In this document: one piece after another, positions 11,787-25,447 of the stretch
Numbering within the stretch: position 1 is the stretch's first letter
Layout of the letters: each line of letters begins with the position of its first letter
NCBI GenBank assembly: GCA_950097015.1
Contig: CATNEN010000007.1
Span: forward strand, 5,270,001 to 5,334,000
Length of the DNA stretch: 64,000 bases
DNA from: Macrostomum hystrix
Taxonomy: Eukaryota > Animalia > Platyhelminthes
Reading direction: 5' to 3'
Position numbers and translations under genes: made by a program
Notes under the pieces: model-generated
What the model saw: only the letters and a program-made list of their open reading frames with translations
What the model was told of the DNA's origin: nothing
Database searches by the model: none

Positions 11787-12469
11787 CCTCCGTCACTGCC
11801 CGATGAGCCTACGGCATGAGCTGTTTAACTCCTAATCGTGTTCATTAATGCTTCTTTTTAATTTTCATACGAGCGCGCTTCGTGTCAAAACAATTATCAG
11901 TAACGACTAAACAAATTTGGCGCGAATTTAAATAAGTTGAAAAACTGGCATGGAATTATTTATCGAGGCCGATGGTCTTAATAAATTAACTTAACTTTAT
12001 TGATTGAATGTATCCACTTTTTTAACAGTCGAATCTTAATTGTTTCTATCGTAAATTTTATTGCCAAACGGTTTTACTATCAAACTCAGTTGCCAATCGC
12101 CAATTACCGGTCCTTTGTTCTTCTATCACGTCTCTATATTAGCTTGCTGCAAAAATCAACTGCTTTATCAGCAATGTGGCAAAGTAAAAGTAATGATTTT
12201 CAAATAAATACTTCCAGTAGTACGTTGTACGTTTGTTAACGAGTTACAATAACTCATCTTATCAGTGTTTCCGATATGCAAAATTGAAACACCGGTGTTG
12301 TACGAATACAAGTCCGCGTACATGCATGAGCTTCACCACGCCTTTTAAGTTGCTTCATAACACAACGTTCCCATTTCCTTCTGACAACCAAAGTGCTATT
12401 CCCATTTGACACCCACACAGTTCCATTTCGTTTCACACACTATACAGTGCTGTCTCTGTCTCTCTCTCT

Positions 12470-13050
12470 GAGAAAACACCCACCTCACTCTCTGTCCCAA
12501 TGAAAACACCCACGTCTCATACTCTGCGCCTATGAAGACATCTACCTCACTCTCTGTCCCAATGAAAACACCCACCTCACTCTCTGCGCCGATGAAAACA
12601 CCCACCTAACTCTCTGTCCCTATGAAGACACCCACCTCACTCTCTGTCCCAATGAAAACACCCACCTCACTCTCTGCGCCGAAGAAAACACCCACCTCAC
12701 TCTCTGTCCCTATGAAGACACCCACCTCACTCTCTGTCCCAATGAAAACACCCACCTCACTGTCTGCGCCTATGAAAACACCCACCTCACTGTCTGCGCC
12801 TATGAAAACACCCACCTCACTCTCTGCGCCGATGAAAACACCCACCTCACTCTCTGCGCGATGAAAACACCCACCTCACTCTCTGCGCCAATGAAAACAC
12901 CCACCTCACTCTCTGCGCCGATGAAAACACCCACCTCACTGTCTGCGCCAATGAAAACACCCACCTCACTCTCTGCGCCGATGAAAACACCCACTTCACT
13001 CTCTGCGCCGATGAAAACACCCACCTCACTCTCTGCGCCTATGAAGACAC
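12470..13050. repeat. 30-bp minisatellite (ATGAAAACACCCACCTCACTCTCTGCGCCG)n
   Basis: Tandem periodicity. Confidence 0.95.
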
Positions 13051-13370
13051 CCTTGCTGTGTCAGCTGAGCGAGAAACATTAAAGAAAAAAACAAATTTCC
13101 TAGTCTGTTTTATATGCACTGCTAATATAATATTGAATGGTGCCTGCTTCTTCATAACAAAGCACAATAGCCCCAATTCTGGTTGTAACAAGCGTGAACA
13201 GCTTAGCTCGATGATATTCAACTTTAGCCGTCTCATAGTCAGCTGTTGTTTGCATGTACTTTGAAGCCATAGAAGTAAATTAAAGCAGAAATTGTGAGTA
13301 TGAGGAGCATTATTGGCCCAGCAGATATAAAAAGAGAAAATCAAAATCAACAGTTTTAAGGCAGTTAATA

Positions 13371-15045
13371 TACCATTTCCACTCCAAGTCTGTCACAAGT
13401 AACTTCAAATCTGCCGTAGATAGCAGAAAGGCATACATTCAGCTCGCAAGTCGAGCGCCAACTTAAGAGTCTATGGTTAAAGCTCAGATCAATTCTGTCA
13501 AAAGTAACTTCAAATCTGTCCACTGAACAGATAGGGAGTTGAAACCAAAGCAGTAAAGACTAGAAAACTTCTTTATAGACAGACCCAGATTTTAACAGTG
13601 AAACTTATTCGTCTATGGCAATCTTACATATAAATTCTGTCACAAGTAAGTTCAAATCTGTCAGAGATATATATGTTGACAGCAAGGCGAGTTCACAACC
13701 ATTTTTTCTTGCCTTACCCACCATGCCCTATGCAAGAATATGCTTAATAGACAGGCAGCGCCTGGTTAACAGCTACAACACTGGACGGGACTGGAGGAGA
13801 CTGGCCATTGACCTCGGAATCAAAAGGACCACCGCAAACTTGATCCTAAAGCGCTATCTAGAGGAAAACCGGACAGAATACAGAGCAAGAGGAGGGGCTA
13901 GACACGTGAAAGTAAGTGAACAGATGCTTCAAGCACTTCACCGGTATGTTGCTGAGAAGCCGACCATCACTTTTAGTGAAATGCGAGAGGCTGACTGTTG
14001 AATTTCCCGACGCACCCGCTGTTTCTACTCAATGCCTGAGCAAGAAGCTAGACGGTACTCTGATAACCTTAAAGGACGTCAGGCATGTGCACGCGGGCTG
14101 GAATGTGCCAGGCACCAAGGATGCGCGAGCGATGTACATGCAATGAATGATGAATGAGGGTCACCTTCAAGAGCATCTGATATACGTCGATGAATGTGGC
14201 TTTAACTTGTGGACTTCGCGGTCTAAAGGCTGGTCAGCTGCTAGCGATCGTGCTGTGCGAATTACCGATGGTCAGCGCGGTCCCAATGTCACCGTCGTTC
14301 TCGCAGTGAGTCCCCAGCTTGGATTGGTTCACTATGCATGTCACGTTGGTGGCTTCACAGAAGAACGCTTCACTGCATTCTGCTCGGAGGTGTCTGTACT
14401 TGTTGACGCACCATTCGTGATGGTGGCGGACAATGAGAGAGCCCACATCAACGTACTTCCGATGCAAAGGGAAGACCAAATCATACGTTTTCTACCCGTG
14501 TATTCTCCGTTTCTCAATGCGACTGAGATGGCCATCTCAGCACTGAAGGCCCCCAGTAAAGAGACGACTGACAGAACCGGCAGTGGTTAGAGAGCTGGGT
14601 GATCGCGCCGCCGCAGCGCAGGCTGCGATGACATTGCACAACTGGCGACTGAGCATTCTGATTCGCGAATTGCATGTCAGCATGCCTCATCTGACACATG
14701 ACCACTGCCTACGATGGCACCTGCACACGTTGAGTTACGGACAGGCCTGCTTGGATCGTCACGATATTTTTGCTTGAAATATCTATGCAACTGATTGACT
14801 GTAGCAGGCATGTTAGCATAGTGAATTACAGAATTTGTTGCTTTAATTTGAGAGCACTGTTCAAAATAAACCTTTGTTTCGTTATCTGTTCAGTGGACAG
14901 ATTTGAAGTTACTTTTGACAGAATTGATCTGAGCTTTAACCACAGACTCTTAAGTTGGCGCTCGGCTTGCGAGCTGAATGTATGCCTTTCTGCTATCTAC
15001 GGCAGATTTGAAGTTACTTGTGACAGACTTGGAGTGGAAAAGGTA
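13371..15045 (+). mobile_element. Tc1/IS630-superfamily DNA transposon with about 163-bp TIRs (IR/DR type)
   Basis: TIRs 13371-13533 and 14883-15045, near perfect; TA on both flanks; internal direct repeat TCTGTCACAAGTAACTTCAAATCTG twice per TIR. Confidence 0.93.
13723..14777 (+). pseudogene. Disrupted DDE transposase
   Basis: HTH region, RGG linker, YVDECG, VADN...H, FLPVYSPFLNATE; split by frameshifts (~13995, ~14555) and a stop at 14144-14146. Confidence 0.88.
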
Positions 15046-15324
15046 TAGTTCAGCTATCTAATTAAACCCTATTCTATCTAATAGAGCAAAAAAAGAAAAT
15101 TCTAAGAAATCAATAAAAAAATAAACAATGACAAAAACAAAATATGCAAGAGCGGCCTTCACAACAGGGAGTGGAGTATTGCGGTGGATAAGATAATAAA
15201 AGGAAGGTGTGACAAGAGATTATAAAAAATCGGCAGACGAAACAAATCAAGGCACTGCAGTGGGTCCCGGGAGTGCGATAAACCCGATGAGAATCGCTTG
15301 CATGGTACGTAGCTCAAAAGCTCG

Positions 15325-17130
15325 CTAGGTCATTAGGTCCCTAGTTCACTAACTCCTAGATCATTAGGTCCTAGGTCATTAGGTCCCTAGTTCATTAACT
15401 CCTAGGTCATTAGGTCCTAGGTCATTAGGTCCCTGGTCATTAGGTCCCTGGTCATAGAGTCCCTGGTCATTAGGTCCCTTGTCATAAGTTCCCTGGTCAT
15501 TAGGTCCCTGGTCATAAGGTGCCTGGTCATAAGGTCCCTGGTCATTAGGTCCCTGGTGATAAGGTCCCTGGTAACTAAGTCCCTGGTGATAAGGTGCCTG
15601 GTCATAAGGTCCCTGGTGATAAGGTCCCTGGTCATTAGGTCCCTGGTCATAAGGTCCCTTGTCATAAGTTACCTGGTCAATAGGTCCCTGGTCATAAGGT
15701 GCCTGGTCATAAGGTCTCTGGTCATTAGGTCCCTGGTGATAAGGTCCCTGGTCATTAGGTCCCTGGTCATAGAGTCCCTGGTCATTAGGTCCCTTGTCAA
15801 AAGTTCCCTGGTCATTAGGTCCCTGGTAACTAGGTCCCTGGTGATAAGATGCCTGGTCATAAGGTCCCTTGTCATAAGGTGCCTGGTCATAAGGTCCCTG
15901 GTCATTAGGTCCCTGGTGATAAGGTCCCTGGTAACTAGGTCCCTGGTGATAAGATGCCTGGTCATAAGGTCCCTTGTCATAAGTTCCCTGGTCAATAGGT
16001 CCCTGGTCATAAGGTGCCTGGTCATAAGGTCCCTGGTCATTAGGTCCCTGGTGATAAGGTCCCTGGTAACTAGGTCCCTGGTGATAAGATGCCTGGTCAT
16101 TAGGTCCCTTGTCATAAGTTCCCTGGTCAATAGGTCCCTTGTCATAAGGTCCCTGGTAACTAGGTCCCTGGTGATAAGGTGCCTGGTCATAAGGTCCCTG
16201 GTCATAAGGTCCCTGGTCATTTGGTCCCTGGTCATAGAGTCCCTGGTCATTAGGTCCCTTGTCATAAGTTCCCTGGTCATTAGTTCCCTGGTCATAAGGT
16301 CCCTTGTCATAAGTCCCTGGTCAATAGGTCCCTGGTCATAAGGTGCCTGGTCATAAGGTCCCTGGTCATTAGGTCCCTGGTGATAAGGTCCCTGGTCATA
16401 AGGTCCCTTGTCATAAGTTTCCTGGTCAATAGGTCCCTGGTCATAAGGTGCCTGGTCATAAGGTCCCTGGTCATTAGGTCCCTGGTGATAAGGTCCCTGG
16501 TAACTAGGTCCCTGGTGATAAGGTGCCTGGTCAATAGGTCCCTGGTCATAAGGTGCCTGGTCATAAGGTCCCTTGTCATAAGGTGCCTGGTCATAAGGTC
16601 CCTGGTCATAAGGTGCCTGGTCATAAGGTCCCTGGTCATTCGGTCCCTTGTGATAAGGTCCCTGGTAACTAGGTCCCTGGTGATATGGTGCCTGGTCATA
16701 AGGTCCCTGGTCATAAGGTGCCTGGTCATAAGGTCCCTGGTCATAAGGTCCCTGGTCATAAGGTCCCTGGTCATAAGGTCCCTGGTCATAAGGTCCCTGG
16801 TCATAAGGTCCCTGGTGAGAAGGTGCCTGGTCATTAGGTCCCTTGTCATTAGGTCCCTGGTCATCAGGTCCCCCGTCATAAGGTCCCTGGTCATAAGGTC
16901 CCTGGTGATAAGGTCCCTGGTAACTAGGTCCCTGGTGATAAGGTCCCTGGTAACTAGGTCCCTGGTGATAAGGTGCCTGGTCATAAGGTCCCTGGTCATA
17001 AGGTCCCTGGTCAAAAGGTCCCTGGTGAGAAGGTCCCTGGTCATTAGGTCCCTGGTCATAAGGTCACCAGTCATATGGTACCTGGTCATAAAATTTGGTC
17101 ATAAGGCTAGGTCATTAGGTTCTAGATCAT
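15325..17130. repeat. 15-bp minisatellite (GGTCATAAGGTCCCT)n
   Basis: Tandem periodicity; source of the MTRDL/IRSLV ORFs. Confidence 0.97.
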
Positions 17131-17846
17131 AGTGCGCCCAGGTCCCTCTATGCAAAAAGTAGTGTAAAGCTGTGAAAAGTCTCAGCTCGTGTGTCACACG
17201 ACATGCTGAGAACTGAAAGCAGAGAAAACATGGGTAAAGCGACTGTAAGAGTCGCAAGAATGTGTAAGACAAAAGAGGCTCTTTCGCTGGCAAGGAGGCA
17301 AACTTGATACCAACCGGTGCAGCAAAACGAGTGGGCCTGCAAGGCATTCACTGAGTGCACTGTTGAGAGACAGCTGTTGAGAAGTACTTCATTAGATAGT
17401 TCATTTTATAGTATTTTTTCAATATTGGCAAATAGCTTTTCTAAACAAATTTTGTCACTTTCTGTTAATTAATTTTTTAACTTTAAACAAGTAGACGAAA
17501 GATTAAGGAATGAGAATTATGAACGATTATGGATTCTTTGGGAATTAGAAGTCTTCGGGATTTGAAGTCTTAGGGAATTAGAAGTCTTTGGGAATTAGAA
17601 GTCTTTGGGAATAAAACGTTTTAGAGAGGATAAAAGTTTATATAGGGAAGATGAAGGATTAGCGAATACGAAGGATTGGGTAAGATGAAGGATCATGGAA
17701 TTATTTAGTCCTAAGGCAACACGAAAGTCCGTACAGTAATGCAATCTATGTAGAGAAAGGACAAAATGTCCCAATGATTCTGCATCATTCGACGCAGTGT
17801 TCGATTCGCTATTGTGTTGCTGATACGTTTTTGTTCTTCTCCAGTT

Positions 17847-20531
17847 TCACAGATGCTTCTTCGAGGTGCCGTTGCTGACATGCCCATTGGCTCGACCGTT
17901 GGTGCTCTGTAATGCAGGGGAGTGTGGAATTTAGTGCTGAGATCTGATTGGCTGAGGCAAATCACGTGGTTAGCCAGGGAATATTTAGTAAGTCAAACAA
18001 GAAAAGGATTCCCCACAAGCGTGTCTAAAAATAGCAACAACCCGTCATCATGCAGTCACTGCGCCTTTTTTTATCAGTGAGCTCTAAAAGAAAAGCTGAG
18101 TGACTCACTTTGGTGGCCTCCCTATTGCGCACATTCGTCCTCGTGACATATTCCTTGTGATAGAAGTTGGCGAACAGGGCGATCATAGACACGCCGTAGA
18201 CCATGCCGGTGTACTCCATCCAGATTGGCACGGCGCCGCAGCCGGTTAGAAGCGAGTGCGTGCCAACCAGCATGCCGATGAAGAATTGAATCTGCGGGCA
18301 TTGGTGACAGATTGGGTGGCTGAGCTCGAGGCTGTGAATCCATGATTCCAAGATTCGGGATTTCCATAATTTGTGATTTCCATGATTTGGGATTTCCATG
18401 ATTTGGGATTTCCATGATTTGGGATTTCCATGATTTGGCATTTCCAAGATTTGGGATTTGGGATTTCCACGATTTGGGATTTCCATGATTTGGGATTTCT
18501 ATGATTAGGGGAATTTATCATTTGGGAATTTTCATGATTTGGGATTTCTTAGAATAAGGATTTCCATAATTTGGGATTTCCATAATTCAGAATTTCCATG
18601 ATTTGAGATTTCCATAATTTGGGATTTCCATGATTTGGGATTTCCATGATTTGGGGAATTCTATGATTTGGCAATTTTAATGATTTGGGATTTCCATGAT
18701 TCAGAATTTCCATAATTTGGGATTTCCATGATTTGGGGATTTTTATGATGAAAGATTTCCACGATTTAGGATTTCTATGATAAAGAGATTTCAGTGAATT
18801 GGGGATTTCCATGATTTAGGATTTCCATAGTTTCGGAATTTCCATGATTTGTGATTTCCATGATTTGGGATTTCCATAATTTGAGATTTTCGTGATTTGG
18901 GATTTATATTTTTGGGAATTTCCATGACTTGGGATTTCCATGATTTGGGATTTCCATGATTTTGTGACTTCCATGATTTGGGATTTCCATGATTTGGGAT
19001 TTACATGATTTGGGATTTACATGATTTAGGATTCGGCATTTCAGTGATTTTGGAAACTCGCGAGTTGCCAACTGAGGAATCGCAGGTTCGCGAGCCCAAC
19101 ACTCACCAGCTGCAGTCTGGTGAGGTACCTCTTCCACCAGAGGAACTTCTGCACCGCCTCTCCCAACGAGCTCAACCCATAGTAGGTGTACATCAGCACG
19201 TGGATGAAGGAGTTGATCATGGCGCCGAGGAAGGACGAGCCACCGGCGACCCACTTGACCCCGATCCACCAGATGGGGAACATTGTGGCGTGGTGGTACA
19301 GGTGCAGGAAGCTGATCTGTGTGTTTTTCTTGCGCAGCACAAAGAACATTGTGTCCATAAACTCGATACACTTTGAGAAGTAGTACCACCAGAGCGCCTT
19401 CGCGATGCGCACCTCGTAGGGATTGTCCGAGTAGTCGATGTGCTGACACAGGTAGTTGTAGTTGCGCTGCCACGAGCAGTACAGCAGCTGAAGTCAGGGG
19501 AGAAGCGAGGGCAACTGTTTTTTGAGATTGGGATCAATCTGAGGTTTTTTTAGGTTGGGATAGGAATACGGATCTGTCTGGGGATTTTGCAGGTTGGGAT
19601 CAATGTGAGGATCTTGCGGGTTGGGATCAATCTGGTGATCTTGGAGGTTGGGATCAATCTGACGATCCTGGAGGTTGGGATCAATCTGGGGATCTTGGAG
19701 GTTGGGATCAATCTGACGATCCTGGAGGTTGGGATCAATCTGGGGATCTTGGAGGTTGGGATCAATCTGGGGATCTTGGAGGTTGGAATCAGTCTGGGGA
19801 TCTTGGAGGTTGGGATCAATCTGGCGATCCTGGAGGTTGGGATCAGTCTGGTGATCCTGGAGGCTGGGATCAGTCTGGTGATCTTGGAGGTTGGGATCAG
19901 TCAGAGGATCTTGGAGGTTGGAATCAATCTGGGGATCCTGGAGGTTGAGATCAATCTGGTGATCTTGGAAGTGGTGAGCAATAAGGATTCAATCCAGGGA
20001 TCCTAAATCCTTGTGCGGATTAACCTCGCAGGTGATTTTTTCTCGTGAAATGACCATTGCGACCTTTCTTGAACCTTGAATAGATTTTACTTCATGGAAA
20101 TCCTGCAAGCTACTCATAGTAGGTGGATTAGGAAAGCCGCTGGGATCAAGCGGATCCAAGGCGAAATGGGAAGAACATATTTAATTGTAAATGTCACCTC
20201 GGAGAAGATGTGAAAGTTGAGCACTACCAGGCAGATGTTGTAGGCGAACAATGGCCAGCGAAGGCTGAAGGGCGGCCTGTTGGCCATGAGGCGCTGGCCC
20301 ACCTTAACAGCGATCAGGTAGCCGAACATGAGCGCCCAGGTGGGCCAGTAGGATTGCATCAGAGGCCAGTCCGCCACTCGGTTATCTGCGCGAGACGAAA
20401 TTAAAAAATACGCATTGCTAATGAAATTCTGATCTCGAATAAGCCGGGAAGGAGCAGAACTCACCGGCCTTGCTCAGCCATAGCAAGTATAAATCGTAGA
20501 AGTGTGTCGCCTGGTCTAAAACAACCTCCAT
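17847..20531 (-). CDS. Very-long-chain fatty acid elongase (ELOVL4-like), 292 aa; exons 20531-20465, 20385-20198, 19487-19107, 18291-18109, 17906-17847
   Basis: [28 protein letters not shown] His-box, [17 protein letters not shown]; all GT-AG junctions keep frame (879 nt); C-terminal KKHL dilysine ER-retrieval signal. Confidence 0.92.
18335..19050. repeat. Degenerate 16-bp minisatellite (GATTTCCATGATTTGG)n in ELOVL intron
   Basis: Tandem periodicity. Confidence 0.9.
19520..19975. repeat. 27-bp minisatellite (GGTTGGGATCAATCTGGGGATCTTGGA)n in ELOVL intron
   Basis: Tandem periodicity. Confidence 0.9.
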
Positions 20532-21724
20532 TATTCAGGCTGTGTGAATTCTAACAAGATAATCGCTCTAAACGGACAAGTTTCGGAGTAACAGTTTTTA
20601 ACCGGTCTAAAGATGAGGCACATGCAGATGCTGCAACAGAGAAGGAGGGATTCTATAGCAACTGCTGGGCTTCGCTTTATAGGCAGGAAAGCCATGAAAG
20701 GATTTGTACTGGCCGCGTCGCCTCCCCCACGCGTGCTGGGGAGATGGCAAAGGATAGGAAAATAGTGGGGCTGCGCAACGGTGCGGCCCAGAGGCAGAAA
20801 ATGTAAGGCCGGGGCGGCGGGATGGGGGTACTGGCAGCGCACACAATAGCCCGTCTCCAAGAGGTTTAGATCCTGTCTCTAACAGTCTCAGCTCACACGG
20901 TGACCTCGGCTCCAAACTGGAGTGTACACAACTTGGCCCACTCCAATGCTTCCACCTTTCTGATTATTTCACCAACCTCACCGCCGTCACTCAACCCCAG
21001 GTCTCGGCCTCCCTTTCTGCCACTGGCCCGACCCCCACGGGTGGTTGGAAGCGACGCGGTAGTCATGACAACGATTGAAAGTTTTACGGAGAAGGAGAGC
21101 TCAAAGCGCGGAGTCCAACCCGGAGGCAGGTTGAGCAAGAAACAATGGCGCGCAGAGTTTTTCAAAAGTGCACATTTTCTTCTTTAACAGCCGCTGCTGG
21201 CATTGTTTAAAGCAGAAATCCCCGCTTTGTCCTGACAGCCGAGCCGGTAATGACCGACATTGCCAGCTGTCAGAGACTGTAAGATGAAATACAACAAGAC
21301 AGTAAACGCCTTAGCCGTGATTTTTACACCACCTGAGCAGTCGTGGCACGCAGGTCGGGTCGTGTATTTTTAGCATGGTTCATTGAAGACAAAAAGCACA
21401 TCAAACAGGGTAGATGATTCGCGCTAAACTGAATCTATGGAAACCCCAAATTTTAAATGCTTTGTGCAATCGAAGGCGCATAGACATTATCATGCATCCA
21501 ATAAAGCTTGGTGATTTTTCAATGCAGATTTGAAATAAGAGGCAACAAAGATAAATTTTAGTCTACAGTGTTACGTCATTAAATGTTTTTTAGCCCTTCG
21601 TCTCTAAGAATAAGGCTAAACTACAAGATAGATTACCTAATTCCTGTGTGAGTTGGGAAGCTCAATTCTTAAACAAGGAAGGTCATTTGACACGCCATAA
21701 ATTAGGACAAAAGGGTCAGTCGAC

Positions 21725-23265
21725 CTCCCTGATACATGGATTGGGAGTCAGTTCTCCCTGATACATGGATTGGGAGTCAGTTCTCCCTGATATATGGATT
21801 GGGAGTCAGTTCTCCCTGATACATGGATTGGGAGTCAGTTCTCCCTGATATATGGATTGGGAGTCAGTTCTACCTGATACAAGGATTGGGAGTCAGTTCT
21901 CCCTGATATATGGATTGGGAGTCAGTTCTCCCTGATACAAGGATTGGGAGTCAGTTCTCCCTGATATATGGATTGGGAGTCAGTTCTCCCTGATATATGG
22001 ATTGGGAGTCAGTTCTCCCTGATACATGGATTGGGAGTCAGTTCTCCCTGATATATGGATTGGGAGTCAGTTCTCCCTGATATATGGATTGGGAGTCAGT
22101 TCTCCCTGATACATGGATTGGGAGTCAGTTCTCCCTGATATATGGATTGGGAGTCAGTTCTCCCTGATATATGGATTGGGAGTCAGTTCTCCCTGATATA
22201 TGGATTGGGAGTCAGTTCTCCCTGATATATGGATTGGGAGTCAGTTCTCCCTGATATATGGATTGGGAGTCAGTTCTCCCTGATACATGGATTGGGAGTC
22301 AGTTCTCCCTGATATATGGATTGGGAGTCAGTTCTACCTGATACAAGGATTGGGAGTCAGTTCTCCCTGATATATGGATTGGGAGTCAGTTCTCCCTGAT
22401 ACAAGGATTGGGAGTCAGTTCTCCCTGATATATGGATTGGGAGTCAGTTCTCCCTGATATATGGATTGGGAGTCAGTTCTCCCTGATACAGGGATTGGGA
22501 GTCAGTTCTCCCTGATATATGGATTGGGAGTCAGTTCTCCCTGATATATGGATTGGGAGTCAGTTCTCCCTGATATATGGATTGGGAGTCAGTTCTCCCT
22601 GATACATGGATTGGGAGTCAGTTCTCCCTGATATATGGATTGGGAGTCAGTTCTCCCTGATATATGGATTGGGAGTCAGTTCTCCCTGATACATGGATTG
22701 GGAGTCAGTTCTCCCTGATATATGGATTGGGAGTCAGTTCTCCCTGATACAAGGATTGGGAGTCAGTTCTCCCTGATATATTGATCAGGAGTCAGTTCTC
22801 CCTGATACATGGATTGGGAGTCAGTTCTCCCTGATATATGGATTGGGAGTCAGTTCTCCCTGATATATTGATCAGGAGTCAGTTCTCCCTGATATATTGA
22901 TCAGGAGTCAGTTCTCCCTGATATATGGATTGGGAGTCAGTTCTCCCTGATATATGGATTGGGAGTCAGTTCTCCCTGATATATTGATCAGGAGTCAGTT
23001 CTCCCTGATACATGGATTGGGAGTCAGTTCTCCCTGGTACATTGATTGGGAGTCAGTTCTCCCTGGTACAGGGATTGGGAGTCAGTTCTCCCTGGTACAT
23101 GGATTGGGAGTCAGTTCTCCCTGGTACATGGATTGGGAGTCAGTTCTCCCTGATATATGGATTGGGAGTCAGTTCTCCCTGGTACAGGGATTGGGAGTCA
23201 GTTCTCCCTGGTACATGGATTGGGAGTCAGTTCTCCCTGATACATGGATTGGGAGTTAGTTGACC
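21725..23265. repeat. 29-bp minisatellite (CTCCCTGATATATGGATTGGGAGTCAGTT)n
   Basis: Tandem periodicity; no unique spacers, so not CRISPR. Confidence 0.97.
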
Positions 23266-23386
23266 TCCCCGTACGGGTTAGGGGTGAGTTGAAACCTACT
23301 TACTATATACAAGCGTATTAGAATCTTAGGAAGGTCACCAGGAGACACAATAGAGATGGAACAGATACTGGGTCATTGGTTGGAGT

Positions 23387-24064
23387 TCAGGTCCTCTGGT
23401 CCACCTGAGCGGTCACCAGGTGCACCGACCGGCCAGTCAGCGGGCACTGGCGCCGGCTGTGCGAAATGCCAGCGAATCCTGCGACCTCCAGAGCCGCCAG
23501 GCTGTCCAGCAGGTCCGGCCGGCGCAGCTGGGCCACCAGCCGGCCTGTGAGCTGGCAGTCGGCGGCAACAACCAGGCGGCCGTCCGCACGGAGCACCCGG
23601 TAGGCTTCGGTGTAGACGCCGAGCAGCTGGTCGCGCGGCATGACGCCGACACAGTTGACGTGGGCCACCAGGTGGCAGGAGCCGGTGGCCACCGGCAGCA
23701 GGTCGTCCGCCCGGCAGCGGAACAGCCGGCAGCCGGAGGAGCCGAGTCTGGCCAGGGCCAGCTTCACCGCCGCGCTACTGGCGTCGACGCCGATCAGACG
23801 AAGCTCAGCCACCGGTCGCAGTCGGCGCAGCTCGGCGAGGGTGTAGCCGGCGCCAAAGCCCAGCTCGAGGCAGGTGGCCGGGCCAGCCGCGGGCGAGGGC
23901 AACAATTCGGCGCAGGCCTCGGCGCACAGGCGGGAGGCATGTCGCTGCTCGGAGCAGGCCCAACGAAATGCCAGCGCGGCGAAGCGGGCATCTTCAGCCG
24001 GGCAGGCATAGTTGGCCAGCAGCCAGCGGCGCAGCAGCGCTGGCAGCGAGGCCGAGAGTAGCAT
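23387..24064 (-). CDS. Class I SAM-dependent methyltransferase (single exon)
   Basis: Motif I CLELGFGAG, motif II LIGVDAS, post-II LPVATGSCHLV, EAYRVLRADGRLVV; GC-rich coding composition. Confidence 0.78.
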   Translation of the reverse strand: MLLSASLPALLRRWLLANYACPAEDARFAALAFRWACSEQRHASRLCAEACAELLPSPAAGPATCLELGFGAGYTLAELRRLRPVAELRLIGVDASSAAVKLALARLGSSGCRLFRCRADDLLPVATGSCHLVAHVNCVGVMPRDQLLGVYTEAYRVLRADGRLVVAADCQLTGRLVAQLRRPDLLDSLAALEVAGFAGISHSRRQCPLTGRSVHLVTAQVDQRT

Positions 24065-24856
24065 AGCCCGAAGAAATTATTCGGTACACTCTACTGAAGA
24101 GTAGCGTACTGCGGAGTTTGCTTAGTTTTTTGTTACTACTTTTTTTCTGAAAATCCAAATACAAACATGCAAAGTTGAATTTCTCGATTATAAAAAAGCT
24201 CGAAATATACTGAAAAGTCATAGACTTGACTTTTGTTTTAGAAAATGCGAAACAAAAATTTGACTTATGCTTAAAATGCTCCATTTAGGTACAGATAAGA
24301 TTGTCTGGGGAAGTCCTGGCCTATCCCTTTCCTAGATTTAAAATGGGCAGCAAAATGGTCTGGTACAATTGTTAGTCTTTTGTTAGGGAAAATCTTATAA
24401 GGAAATGATAACGACAATAAACAAAAATGTGTACTAAACATGATATAAAAAGTTCAAGTTTAGTAGCCTAGTAGCTTGCATTGCTACACAAAGACATCAC
24501 ACATAGATAGCTATATAATACATATATTATGCATATAATATATACATACAATCAATTATGAAATTAATTGTCAAATTAAAATACATAAAATTTACTAATT
24601 TGTATCTGAAATATTGCGTGCTATTTTATGTCATGATGCAGAAAATTTTTGTAATAAAAAGCCACCTAGGCATTTGTTTTCAATTTGCCAAAATTATGAA
24701 ACCAAGAAGCTATTTACTAAGTAATCAGTTCATGTAATATAATATGTATGAATTTCAGTTATTATGCACCAAATATATTCAAGAAAGAAAACTCGACTTT
24801 ATGTTTACATATATTAGTCCATGACTCCATAAATCATGAAAGAGCAGCAATAATGA

Positions 24857-25236
24857 TAGGCAGTTGTTATTGGCCCGGTAACCCAGTAAATATCATTCTC
24901 GCTATTGGCCTGGTTACCACAACCATTATGCTAAAAAGTATAAAAGTAAGCAATTAAACTAATTGAAAAAGAATAGTACAATAAGCCTGTAGAAAATCAC
25001 TTTTCGTGAACAGTCTTCTATTGGGATAATCAAAAAAACATGCGATATATATATTACAATTACATAGTTTACATAAAAATGAATAATTGTTGTACAAGTT
25101 TTTTAAGTTCGCTATAGAAAATCGAAGGCAGTTGTTATTGGTCCGGTAAGCGGGGGAATAGCATAAAATGGCTATGGTAACCGGGCCAATAGCGAGAATG
25201 ATATTCACCCGGTTACCGGGCCAATAACAACTGTCA
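24857..25236. mobile_element. MITE-like non-autonomous DNA element
   Basis: About 75-bp imperfect terminal inverted repeats (GGCAGTTGTTATTGGCCCGGTAACC... / ...GGTTACCGGGCCAATAACAACTG) around an AT-rich core; ATAATGA on both flanks. Confidence 0.75.
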
Positions 25237-25358
25237 TAATGAAAAGGGTGGTTAGTTGTTGTGTGGTTGCAAGTCTTTATATCATTATATCACACCCCAA
25301 TATAGGAACACATATTCAAGTTCAGAAAAGTTTATCCGAAGTTAAATGTGGATTGGTA

Positions 25359-25447
25359 TCTTACTAAGCGGCAGGGAGCCTCCATGACGGACGCAGCGAG
25401 GAGGCCGATATGGGCGGCCGATGCCGCCCATATCGCTAACCCCTGGC
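25359..25447 (-). mobile_element. Severely 5'-truncated copy (3' end only) of the LINE family at 3632-9684
   Basis: Reverse complement matches ~9597-9672; TSD GTGGATTGGTA at 25348-25358 and 25448-25458. Confidence 0.88.

Noticed and set aside
20893-21165. Minus-strand ORF upstream of ELOVL as an extra coding exon
   Set aside because: ELOVL already has a complete N-terminus from ATG 20531, with an in-frame stop shortly upstream; more likely UTR or intergenic
21725-23265. 29-bp repeats with internal dyad symmetry resembling CRISPR repeats (similar lengths at 56490 and 59010)
   Set aside because: Head-to-tail units with no unique spacers, no cas genes and a eukaryotic context
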